Below are positions 53,803 to 64,000 of a DNA stretch of 64,000 bases, piece after piece; position 1 is the stretch's first letter, and every line of letters starts with the position of its first letter. Origin of the DNA: Geosiphon pyriformis uo1 (taxonomy: Eukaryota > Fungi > Glomeromycota); assembly GCA_016748015.1 (NCBI GenBank), contig JAAOMT010000289.1:507639-571638 (forward strand), given 5' to 3'. Below the pieces are notes generated by a model, which ran no database searches, was not told the DNA's origin, and saw only the letters and a program-made list of their open reading frames with translations. The position numbers and the translations under genes are program-made.

Positions 53803-54846
53803 CTATTTAGTTCGCTTGTAGATTTTATTCATATATGTGATAAAAACTTGAGGTTTTAGCTCTGACTCTTCTAATTTCGAGATAAGTTCATTAATGTGCA
53901 AATAAGATTTTTCTTCGTATTCCTTGTATAAATTTTCGAGATTGAGCTCTCGATAAACTCCTTTAACAATTGCTACATTTTCGGGAGATTTTTTACCATA
54001 GTTCAAGTCCAACAATCTTCGTTGTTCCGGGGAAGCCAAGGTCAAAGCTTGATTGATGAACCAGGAACATTTATTGTCCTCGATATCGGTACCAATCTTG
54101 CCAATAAATGCTGGATCGCCATAACAGTCTAGATAATCATCCTGGATCTGAAAGTATTCCCCCAGAGGTATAAGAATATCTTTTGCTTGTTTATAAGCTA
54201 ATTCTGATTTAATACCAGCCATATTCATTGCCAACGCCACAGGAAGATAAAATGAATAGAAGGCAGTCTTGTAAATCACAATAAATTTGTGTTTCTCAAT
54301 ACTGAATTTACTCAAATCTACAGAATCTTCAGGTGCGGTGATCAAATCAACTAATTGACCAAGTTCGGTTTGTAAAGTGGTTTCGTGAAATAATTCAAGT
54401 AAATCGATGTAATAAGCGTCTTGACGAAAGTACTTTTTCAAAAAAAAATAGATTGCCGACTCGAGTATAACACCATCGTTGATCGCTATATTTCCAACAC
54501 CTTCGACTCGATACCAACAAGTATTCCCACGACGAGTGAGCGATTGATCCATAATATCATCTTCCACTAAGAAAAAAGCTTGTAACCATTCCACACACCA
54601 ACCGAGAACTCTTGCCTTGAATTTTTCATCAGGAGATAATTTGCCTCCTTTCAAAATATCCAATGTATCAATGACCGATAAACCACGGTTCAATTTACCA
54701 CCAGCAACATTGTGATATAAGCTTCTTTTTAACCACTCGATCGACTCCTGTGGAAAGTTATATGAACGTACTTTAGCGAGGAATTCCTCGGCTAGAATAG
54801 GGAACACTTTTTCGAATTCTTGTTTTCCGTTGACTTGGGTGGCCAT
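53803..54846 (-). CDS. ERG20: Farnesyl diphosphate synthase, single exon
   Basis: GGKLNRGL, first Asp-rich motif [10 protein letters not shown]...[20 protein letters not shown], second motif [24 protein letters not shown]-terminal KIYKRTK. Confidence 0.97.
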   Translation of the reverse strand: MATQVNGKQEFEKVFPILAEEFLAKVRSYNFPQESIEWLKRSLYHNVAGGKLNRGLSVIDTLDILKGGKLSPDEKFKARVLGWCVEWLQAFFLVEDDIMDQSLTRRGNTCWYRVEGVGNIAINDGVILESAIYFFLKKYFRQDAYYIDLLELFHETTLQTELGQLVDLITAPEDSVDLSKFSIEKHKFIVIYKTAFYSFYLPVALAMNMAGIKSELAYKQAKDILIPLGEYFQIQDDYLDCYGDPAFIGKIGTDIEDNKCSWFINQALTLASPEQRRLLDLNYGKKSPENVAIVKGVYRELNLENLYKEYEEKSYLHINELISKLEESELKPQVFITYMNKIYKRTK

Positions 54847-55030
54847 TGATATTCGTTATAATATTGAGATACCAATAAAAGCTTTTTTAATGAATTTCTT
54901 TTTTTAAGCCTAATTTTCATTTTCATGTTGCACCAACTTTTATTAAAATTTCAAGTGAGGCAAATCCCTAATCCTTTTGTTATTTGAGGATTAAAAACAT
55001 AGATAATCTATACATTTGCCAAATGAGGTT

Positions 55031-55034
<4 letters not shown>

Positions 55035-55073
<39 letters not shown>
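55035..55073 (+). repeat. (TAA)n microsatellite
   Basis: About 13 TAA units. Confidence 0.9.
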
Positions 55074-55074
<1 letters not shown>

Positions 55075-55102
55075 TAGGGGAAACATCAATTTGGCCAAAT
55101 TA

Positions 55103-55373
55103 TCATTGCTGCTCGCTTGACTTATTCTCCAAATCTTGTTTCACCAATTTCGCTTCTTGATGCGCGTGCTGTTCCGCGCTTTGGTCAGTTATACGTTCCT
55201 TTCTTGCTTGCTCTTCTGCTTTACGCGCCGCTTCTACTGAAGTGTGAATTTCGGCGGGTGCGGATTTATCATTGTTTTTCTTTTTGAAATTAAAAAAGCA
55301 GTTATTTATTAGTTGGGGTCAAAAAAAAAGGAGAATTTATTGATTTATTAATTACTTGATTTTGTGGGTCCAT
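55103..55373 (-). CDS. Small 64-aa hydrophilic protein, two exons (55356-55373, 55103-55279); absent from the ORF track
   Basis: ATG GAC CCA CAA AAT CAA|gtaat...aaag|AAA AAC... gives MDPQNQKNNDKSAPAEIHTSVEAARKAEEQARKERITDQSAEQHAHQEAKLVKQDLENKSSEQQ*. The exon is GC/CpG-rich against AT-rich flanks. Confidence 0.75.
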
Positions 55374-55706
55374 TCTAAAAAGTATTTTATTTAATCGTTT
55401 TTTGATAGAAAGGATAATATTTCAAGAGGTATAAAATTTAAAAGTCGTTTAATGTAATAAATTTCCAACATGTTTGAACCTTCTTTATATACTTATTTTC
55501 TAATTTGTTAATTATGCTGAAATCATACGATGTGTTCAGTAATTCTTTTTTGTGGGCGCTATAAGAAATCATGTCATATTTAAACAGCTGATTGTTGGTC
55601 ATAATGAGAGATTAATGACGTGTAAAAATTCCCTGTATTGAGGAATTTTAGCATGGCGTCCATCTAATATTTACTTTTTTGCTTTATTTACAGATTTCAA
55701 CTTACT

Positions 55707-56564
55707 ATGCGGGCCACGCTTAGTCTTTTCAAAAAACTAAAGACCAACCAAAAACCTCCCTATGAGAAAAACCAGACTGGTCTGTTCTATGGGAAATCTG
55801 TTGGATATGGAAATAAAGTCTCAGAGAAAGGACATAAAACTAGACGGTCATGGTTTCCCAACTGGAAGCTTAGTCGTATATGGTCCGAGACCTTTAAAAG
55901 ATTCCTCAAGATAGAGTGTACGGCCTCGGCTTTACGTACCATTGACAAAAAGGGTGGCCTTGATAGATTCTTGCTGACGACCAAGGATGACTTGTTGGGT
56001 GCCCGTGGTATAGAATTGAGGGGTTATTTGGAAAAGCGATTAAGACACATACAAAAAGTCAGGTATCCTGAGTTTCATATTTATATTCAAAGACCAGCAA
56101 AGGTGAAAACTACGACCTTTTTTGATGGAAAAGACTATTATACGAAGCCACTTGATAAAGAAGTGATTGAACCGAAACTATCATTATTCGGGAATTTGAA
56201 AATTATAGAAGAAGAGGGGAAACCACAGGATACTTTGAAAACACCGTTCGTCACATTTAACGCTGGGAAAGTCCCGCAACCGGGTCATAGGAAGATCATG
56301 TATTACCCGAAAGGATCAGAAAATATTGAAAAGAAGAGCAAACCGTCAACCTATCCTGTAAATAAATCTTGGTACAAGGAATTGAAATCAACTCCAGGTT
56401 TAAATGACAAGATAGAACCAACTACGAAAAACAATCTGATTGGAGATAAAACCGCTGAAGAAAAAGAAAGAATCACAAGTGATAATGGTATAAATGACAA
56501 GATCCCTAAAGAAAATACAAAGAAAAAAGAAAATGTTTTGAATCCTGATTTTTTCAAGTTTTAA
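55707..56564 (+). CDS. MRPL24: Mitochondrial ribosomal protein bL28m, single exon, with a long C-terminal extension
   Basis: GLFYGKSVGYGNKVSEKGHKTRRSWFPN...WSE...ALRTIDKKGGLDRFLL is the L28 signature. Confidence 0.92.
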   Translation: MRATLSLFKKLKTNQKPPYEKNQTGLFYGKSVGYGNKVSEKGHKTRRSWFPNWKLSRIWSETFKRFLKIECTASALRTIDKKGGLDRFLLTTKDDLLGARGIELRGYLEKRLRHIQKVRYPEFHIYIQRPAKVKTTTFFDGKDYYTKPLDKEVIEPKLSLFGNLKIIEEEGKPQDTLKTPFVTFNAGKVPQPGHRKIMYYPKGSENIEKKSKPSTYPVNKSWYKELKSTPGLNDKIEPTTKNNLIGDKTAEEKERITSDNGINDKIPKENTKKKENVLNPDFFKF

Positions 56565-56779
56565 TAATAATCATTTTATCAAATAAAGAATCTTTAAAAC
56601 ACATGTTTCTTGTTCAATTAAGTTTGTTTATAATTTTACACTGGATTTTTGTACATTAAAAAAATTTTGCATATTATTTAAGTTAAAAAAAAACTTATTT
56701 TAACACAAATTTTTATACAAATATAATATAATAACCATATATATATATATATTTATTTAAATATTTAAAATTTAATTTT

Positions 56780-57400
56780 TATTATTATTAATTAATGAGT
56801 GCAGCGCAATCAATATTTATTACAATACAATCATAGAAGATTTTAAAATAAATGTGGTTTATGCATTTTTTACACGTGATCGGCCATTCAAGTCGATTAA
56901 AACAACATTAGAAGTTAATATTACAAAAAACACAAATATTATTGGTAAATTCAAAAGAAATTAAAAACAAAGAATTCATAAAACCAAAATTGATTAAAAC
57001 ATCATGACAAAATCTGGTATTACAAATTTTCAAATCAGAACCACATAATAACAATTCATCAACTATATTAACAATCAAATTATTCATAAGTATTAAATTA
57101 TTAAATTTATAAAACTTTTTTAAATTAGTATTAAAAAGCCAAATATCTAATTTATGCCAAATTACAATATTATATGTAAATTTAACAATATTAATAATTG
57201 TTTTTAACTTGTCAAAAAAAAATATTAGAAGTTTTTATAAACTAATTTCTTATAATAAAACTTTTAATAATATTTATATATAAATAACTATTAAATTTTA
57301 TTTTATATAATTAAATAACTATAAAATTTATAATTAAAAGATTAAAAATATTATGATAAACTAAAATAGTGTTAATATTAATAGTTTTTTAACAATAATA
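56780..57400 (-). mobile_element. Degenerate LINE 3' fragment with (TAA)n tail
   Basis: Reverse complement reads tcgacttgaatggccgatcacgtgtaaaaaatgcataaacc...gcgctgcactcattaattaataataat, the family 3'-UTR. Upstream limit approximate. Confidence 0.7.
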
Positions 57401-58194
57401 TTCAAATTACACAAAAATACATAATTAGAATTTTTTAATAAACCATAATATAAGCAGAATATATTTAAATATATAGTATTATATAATTTTTTTTTAATAT
57501 AATTGGCAATTTTTTGTATAATATTTTTATAAAATAAGAATACAAAGTAATAAAAAATAATTTAATTGATTTAATTTATATATATTTATTTAAATACCAA
57601 ATTATAATTATATACAACAAATTAAAATTCTTAATTAAAAAAATATTTACATATTTTAAAGAACAATTAGTTTTTTAAATAATAAAACTAATAAAATTGA
57701 ATAAATCATATATAAATTATTAAACATTACTAAAAATAAAACATTTATAAATAATTAAAAACTGTTTTTTAATATTATTTAATATAATGTTATTTTAATT
57801 AATATTTATTATAAAAATTAAGATTAATAGTTTTTAAATTCAATACATAAATATTTAATATAGTTTAATTATTTAATTTAATAAAAACTATATTTTTTAT
57901 AAGTATACAAATAAAAACAAAAGTTATTATATGTAATTTAGCCAAAGTTAATAATAAAATACTATAAATATTTAATTTAACTTTAAAATTTAGATCTAAG
58001 AAATAAATAGATATATTAATAATTATATTAAAAAAATTCAATTTTTTAATTAAATTATCTGTATAAACTTTAATAATATTTATAAAATTTAAATTAAATT
58101 AAATTATTTAGTTTTTTTGATTTTTTAATATTTTTATTAATATTAATTATAATATTATAAATATAATATTTTTTTTGTATTTTTATAATTATTA

Positions 58195-60145
58195 TTTTTA
58201 TTATTATTATTTAATAAGTGTGATCTAACTATTATTTAATATACAAAAATGAAAAAATAAATCTAATTAAATATAACTTATATATTTACTATATATAACT
58301 GATTACTTAGATCAATTAAGACAAAACTATATATTTATATAAACTCTTATTCTATTATCAATACCTTAAAAAAAAAACACACTTTATACAAACCAAAACC
58401 AATAGCAAAAGATTTATAAATCTTTAATAATTAAACAACTTCTACAGATAAAAAACTTAATGTACTACTTAAAGCTATAAAAACTAAATCAACATTACTA
58501 ATCAGACTACTTTTTTTTATGTCCATCCTAAATCTTGCTTTAAACAATCATAACTTACTTCAATAATTCTCAGCCAAACTGTGAACAAAATTAATTACTA
58601 TTAATATCACTTTTTTATTATTATTAAAAATTGATATTGCTTTATCAATTTAATTTCTAAAAACAAAATCTTTGTATAAAACTATATAAATATTAACATC
58701 TGAAATTTCAAAAAAAAATATACACAATACCACAGAAGATAATAGAAAATTACCATTCACAAAAAATTTTTACAGATCTATGTAATTTAACAAGATTTTA
58801 GAACATATATTAACTTTTTTTGGACAAGTAAAAACATAATTAGATAATTTAATATTACTGTACAATAAGCACAACACACTTAAATAATTTTTGTTATAGA
58901 GTTTTTTTTTTATAACAGTCAGTAGTCTTTTATAAACCACTTTTATTAAGTATATATAAAAAGCAGCTGAAGTTTTGTTTGTAAATCTTAACAACATATG
59001 AAAATCTGGATGCTATATTGTAATAATACTATTTTAGTCAATTTTTTTAATTATTGACTTATTCACAAATTTAGCATCAGATCCAGTCTCTTATTAAGCA
59101 TAACAAACAGATTAATAAATATTTTAAACAAAGTGACAAGTATTTCCTAATATGATTTTGCTGTTAATCATAATAAATCTTTTATGAATCTTTTTTAGAA
59201 GAACATAGTCAAAATGTGTTGTCTTATAAGCAAAAACGTCTGTTCTGTTGTTATCAGCATTCTTTAAATAATCTTTGATCTTCATCTATTTGACAAAAAT
59301 ATCTTTAAATCTTATTAAATTAACTATATAGCATTTTTCTATTTAGTATTTGATTTTTTGAAATTAGTATTTATAATAATATTCTCAGCTTTAGCCAACT
59401 TAGTTATTTGTGCTAAGTTAAATTCAAATATAAATGTAGCTCTGATAATCTTAACAAATTTTAAAAAGATAAAAATTTTTCTAAAACCATTAATTTTTGA
59501 AAACAACTTTCTTATTACTATAAATTTTTCTTAAAAGAACTTCTTAACAATGTTATTCAAGTCTATATTCAAAACAAAAAACATTCTAACAGAAACAGTA
59601 ACCAGATTTTTTAGAAGAAAAGAAAATATTAATAAAACATCTAACAAAATATTATTATTATTGTTATTACTTAAGAAGTTGATTTTCTTTAAAGATATTC
59701 TTAATGTTTTCTTGGTTTTTACCTGTAGATCTTTTGGTATTCAATTAGAATTTTCCTTATTAAAATTTTTTTTTTCATTATAATTAATACTGGTTTTCTT
59801 TATTGAACACTTTTCTTCCATATTAATACTATTGAAATTAGTAATATTATCAGTTTTGAAGCTTCAAAAGTAACTGGTTAAAGTTTTAGCAAAAACTATT
59901 TTATTATTAATATTGTTTTTTAAAATATTATTTCTTTTTTTTTTCTTAGGAAGAACTTGTTTGTTATTATTATTAAAACCAGAATTTTTAGCAGACTTCT
60001 TCATAATAACAATATTAGAATTAACAATAGTCTTATAGTTAAGCAAAAATAATTTGGATTTATTATATTAAATAAATAAAAACTTTTTTTTACAAAAATT
60101 TTACTCTTTATTAAATTTTAGATATAAGAGAAAAAAAAGTTTTTA
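58195..60145 (-). mobile_element. Internally deleted LINE copy (about 2 kb): ORF1 N-terminus joined to the late RNase H region and C-terminus
   Basis: MLNYKTIVNSNIVIMKKSAK matches copy 1 LLNYKTIVGFSMAVIKKSVK. KLFSKINGF...INTNFKKS jumps at about 59350 to IEKCYIVNLI...KIKD..NNRTDVFA. Then VYKRLLTVIKKKLY...LCLLYS, the family 3'-UTR and a TAA tail. Confidence 0.85.
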
Positions 60146-61670
60146 TAAATTGTATTATATAATATTATATTATTATTAATTAGCAAATTTTAATTTAATA
60201 ATAAAATCTAAAATATAAATTTTATACAAAAAAATTACATTTTATTTTAATTAATTTTAAATTAATAATATATAGTTTTAATATAACTTAATTTAATTTT
60301 AATAGCTTTATTAAATATTAAAATAAATAATATTTATTTAAAAAAATTTTAATAATTAATAAATATTTTTTAAATATTATTAAAACTAACAGTATTTTTT
60401 AAAAACAAAAAAAAAATTTTTTTAATTTTTATTTAATTAGTTTAATTTTTAAAATTAAATAATTTAATTAAAATTAGATGTAAAAATATAATTTGTTTTG
60501 CTTTCAAAACTGGTAAAAATTAATTATAATTCAATATATTAAATAATTTAATTATGTATTAATTAAAGCTAATTTTAATAAACATATTATTATTGCTATT
60601 ATTTAAATAATAAAAAAATTATTGTTTATAATTAAATTTAATGTAATTATAACAAAATAAGTATAAATATTATAAAACCAAAAAAAATTAATTTTCTATT
60701 TTTTATAAAAAAAAACAGACTTTAAAATAAAAGTAATGTTTTAAAAAAAACTTTTAGTATTTTAAAAAAGTTGATAACAGTAATAATAATAATAATAAAT
60801 TTGTTTTTTTGGTTTTTTTAGTCATTTAAACAAATATAAAAAAATTTAAAAGAAAAAATTTATTATCAATTTGTTTTGAATTTTTTATAATAATAATAAT
60901 TACATTAAAACTGGTTTTAATTGGTTGCTTAAAAAAAACTTTTACTTAAAACCAAAAACAGTTTTTTAATAACAGTCAGAAATTGTTTAAACTTTATATT
61001 ATTTAAAAAAAACCACTTTAAAAAAATGCTATTTAGCTTTTTTTACTTTAAAAAAACTTTCTAAGTATTAAAATCAATAAAAACAATATTAAAAATAACA
61101 ATTACAATTATTTATTCTTTATTTTATGTGTAATTACAAAATAAAAAGAGAAAAAGTTTTTGAGCTTTTTAAATATTAAAACTATTAAAACAATAAAAAA
61201 TAAAATTTTCTTTCTTTTATTTTTTGCTCTAATTATAATTATAAGAATACAAAAAAAAAGTTTTTTAAAGTTAATTAACTTTGCAAAAATTAATTATTTT
61301 ATGTTTTATGACTATATTTTATTTTTATTAAAAACATAATATAAAAATAATTTAAATTAAACTTTTATATAAAATAAAACTTTTAAAAATTATTTTTAAA
61401 AATTTAAACTAGTTATAATTTTAAAATAAAAACCAATTAATTATTATAATATTAAATAAAAAAATTTGTTAATATAAAAACAAGAATAAAAAAAAATTGT
61501 TTAATTTTTTAAATACAACAATTAAAAATCAAAATCAAAATTTTATAATTAATTTTATAATTAGAAATTAAATTAACATTTTAGGTATCAAAAGTAAGTT
61601 AAAATATTTGTTATATTATTATATTATTTTTATATATTATTTTCTAATTAAAAAATTTATCGGAAAGAGA

Positions 61671-61859
61671 GAGAAGTTGGGTATATTTTCTCATGTGCGG
61701 TCTAGATTCGGATGCCTTCGGGTGGGTATCAACGATGGTGAGGGTTTTGATTGCCTTTGCGTAAGTCCGGGTGGGTGGTCATGTGTTGAAAACGCATGAT
61801 TCACATGTATAGCTGCCGTAAGTAGCTAGAGTAGATAGTGGAAAGCATTTAAAAAAAAA
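61671..61859 (+). mobile_element. Short, unmutated element homologous to the LINE 3'-UTR (5'-truncated LINE or SINE-like), A-tailed
   Basis: gtccgggtgggtggtcatgtgttgaaaacgcatgattcac aligns with the copy-1 3'-UTR gtctgagtggctggttatgtgtagtaaaagcatgattcgc. An open frame ends TAA (61762-61764) just before it; A9 at 61851-61859. Confidence 0.65.
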
Positions 61860-62120
61860 TTCGTTTATTCGTTTATTTATAATGAATTTATTTTTATTAA
61901 ATAAATATAATTATATTTTTAGTTTATAAAAAATTTTGAAAATATTAACATTTTTTTTAAAACTTAAAAATATTAATTATAAATTACACTTTGAAATTAT
62001 AATCTTTTGAAAATTGAGTTTCAAATTTTAACATTTTAAATATTAAAGTCTTAATTTTTCTTGCTGGTGTTTTCACGTGATTGTGTTTAAATAAGATTCC
62101 TGGAAAGCCTTTAGAAGCAC

Positions 62121-62203
62121 GGTGATTTGGCCGAGTTGGTCTAAGGCGCCGCACTCAAGTTGCGGTCTCGAAAGAGGCGTGAGTTCGAATCTCACAGTCA
62201 CCA
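62121..62203 (+). tRNA. tRNA-Leu(CAA), intronless
   Basis: Acceptor GGTGATT/AGTCACC-A; D-arm TGGCCGAGTTGGTCTAAGGC; anticodon stem CCGCA-CTCAAGT-TGCGG; long variable arm TCTCGAAAGAG; T-arm GTGAGTTCGAATCTCAC. Confidence 0.97.
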
Positions 62204-62330
62204 TATCTTCTATGCTCATTGTTAGTAAATTTCCTTAAAAATTCTGTATTTTAGCATTTTATAACAAAAGCCTTTTTCTCCTTATAACAAAATATTTCAG
62301 TGATTATTTTACAGAAACTGCAATTCTATT

Positions 62331-64000
62331 TTAAGTAGAAGCTAAGGTGATGAATTTTCGCTTTTTTTTAGTTTTGGATTTCAATGCATCGATCTTTTCC
62401 AACTCTTCATCGTCAGCATAATATTCGGCGGTTATATTTGCTTCCCAATCACGCTTTATGTATTTTAATGCTGCTAGATTGTATCCACACATATCCTTTT
62501 AGAGTAAATAGGACATTAATAACGTGAGATTTTTAGAAAAATTAATTTCAAATATAAACCTTTTGTTGGCTCAATACTGCTCGGACATTTATTCGCAAAG
62601 AATCCAACATTGGTCGCATAAGCCGATTAGCAACAATTTGATCATGATGGATACGAAGAAGATGGAACAATATTCGGCATGTTAAGGCAATATTCCATCC
62701 CTGACCATCGAGAATTTTAGGCATTAATTTTAGGTAGATTGAAGTGTAATAATCAAACAAAACTTACCTTTGAAGCCCATATCTCTAAATAACTTAATAA
62801 AGAAACAACCTTTCCAAAAGGTAAAACCAACAAAGATTCTTCTAACTCGGAAGATCTAATCTTCTCAATAGTTCTTAGTACATATTGCTCTGCAGTTAGA
62901 TTCCCAAGAGCTATTAATATTGGATTCCGTTTTGGTGTACTACCAGGAGCTTGACCCTTGGCCTTGAGCTAATAGGATTGGTACAGAAATGATAAGCAAA
63001 AATTTGAAAAAATACATATAAGCACTTTATTTACCTTATTGAATGTTTCCCATGCGCTTTTATCATCATCTGCAATATCCAACGCCTCCATAATCTTTTC
63101 ACCTGATTTCAATGTTTCCATTGTTTGCTTACCAGCAGATGTGAGTTCAACGCTATCCTCAATTTTTGCTTGTTCAAATGAAGAGGTTATTGTTGATTCG
63201 TATAGTTTCTCCAATTCCTTTTCTCGCTCCTCTTCCAGAAAAAGCTGAAATCAATTTAGAAAGTTCCTTACCAATTATTGTGGTGTAGGATTTAGTGGAC
63301 TGAAAAATCATTTTAACAACATACCGGCTCATCTGTTTGCTCCCATACTCTAATAGACCGATCGTGTGAAGCTGAAACGACAAAGTCTCCTTTTTTGCTT
63401 ATCGCCAAAGTCCAAACCTCACCATGATGGCCTTCTAGGTTCATTATATTTTCAGACTAAATATTTGATAAAAAGGATTAAATATAGAGATATTAAAAAC
63501 AATAAAGTGATGAAACCAAAAACTCACTTTATCGCCATCCCAATATTTTACGAGTTTATCCTTACTAGCAGTAAAGAAAAAATGAGTGTTTTGCACAAAC
63601 TGTATTGCCATTATACTATCTTGATGAGCGAAAATTGATCTATGGCAATCTCCAAAGTCAAGACCCCATATTTTAACGTTCTTGTCAGCCGAACAAGTGA
63701 TGATCAATCGATTGTCTGAAGATATATCCATCGAGAGAACAGGTAACTAAAGCAGATTTAAATGAATTGTTCAGATTATAAGAAAAAGAATCCAAGATTA
63801 CTTCCCCTGAAAAATTACCTTATGCCCATATAGCGACAAGAAAAATTTTAATGAATCTTGGTAAAAAACTTTTACTGTTGCGTCCAATAAAGACACCGCA
63901 ATCAACTTTGAATTGGGGCTATATCTTACACACAATACATCATCAGTTACTTTTAATGTACGCGTATGTTGTAAAATGCGAGATGACTAAAGAATTGGGA
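62331..64000 (-). CDS. DIP2: U3 snoRNP/SSU processome WD40 protein Dip2/Utp12 (WDR3), 3' part; 5' end beyond the window
   Basis: [57 protein letters not shown]; [18 protein letters not shown]; [10 protein letters not shown]; IHHDQIVAN; [10 protein letters not shown]. Confidence 0.95.

Noticed and set aside
61735-61752. CAAAACCCTCACC (minus strand) as a telomerase RNA template; GAAAGAGAGAGAAG nearby as U6atac
   Set aside because: Not a permuted 1.5x telomere repeat and no AGC triad; homology to the LINE tail is the simpler explanation.

Overview
Eukaryotic fungal DNA with short, dense introns. The gene set and repeat style fit an early-diverging fungus of the Glomeromycota/Mucoromycota, most resembling Geosiphon (inference). 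The window is sharply compartmentalised. Gene islands of ordinary base composition lie at about 1-15.4, 41.3-48.3, 50.9-56.6 and 62.1-64 kb. They carry TYR1, UTR2/CRH2, OXA1, a TFIIIC-90/Tfc8-like gene, GCV1, a putative-adhesin-domain membrane protein, NHP2, BDF1, an orphan S/T-rich gene, a YbaK-family gene, MRX11, FYV10, ERG20, an unlisted 64-aa two-exon gene, MRPL24, tRNA-Leu(CAA) and DIP2. Very AT-rich blocks lie between them, built from one family of RNase H-containing LINE retrotransposons: two full-length dead copies, an ORF1-only (HAL1-like) element, an internally deleted copy, several relics and two nested solo LTRs. Main points: (1) the repeats show graded, almost purely C->T/G->A hypermutation in all contexts with reading frames largely preserved, suggesting a RIP-like genome-defence process outside the Dikarya; (2) eight elements share a conserved 3'-UTR stem-loop, including one short CpG-rich unmutated copy at 61.7 kb; (3) the TFIIIC gene has a U12-type AT-AC intron; (4) LINE ORF1 and ORF2 appear to be joined by an ATGA stop/start overlap. 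Exon boundaries and alignments were done by eye; relic boundaries are approximate.
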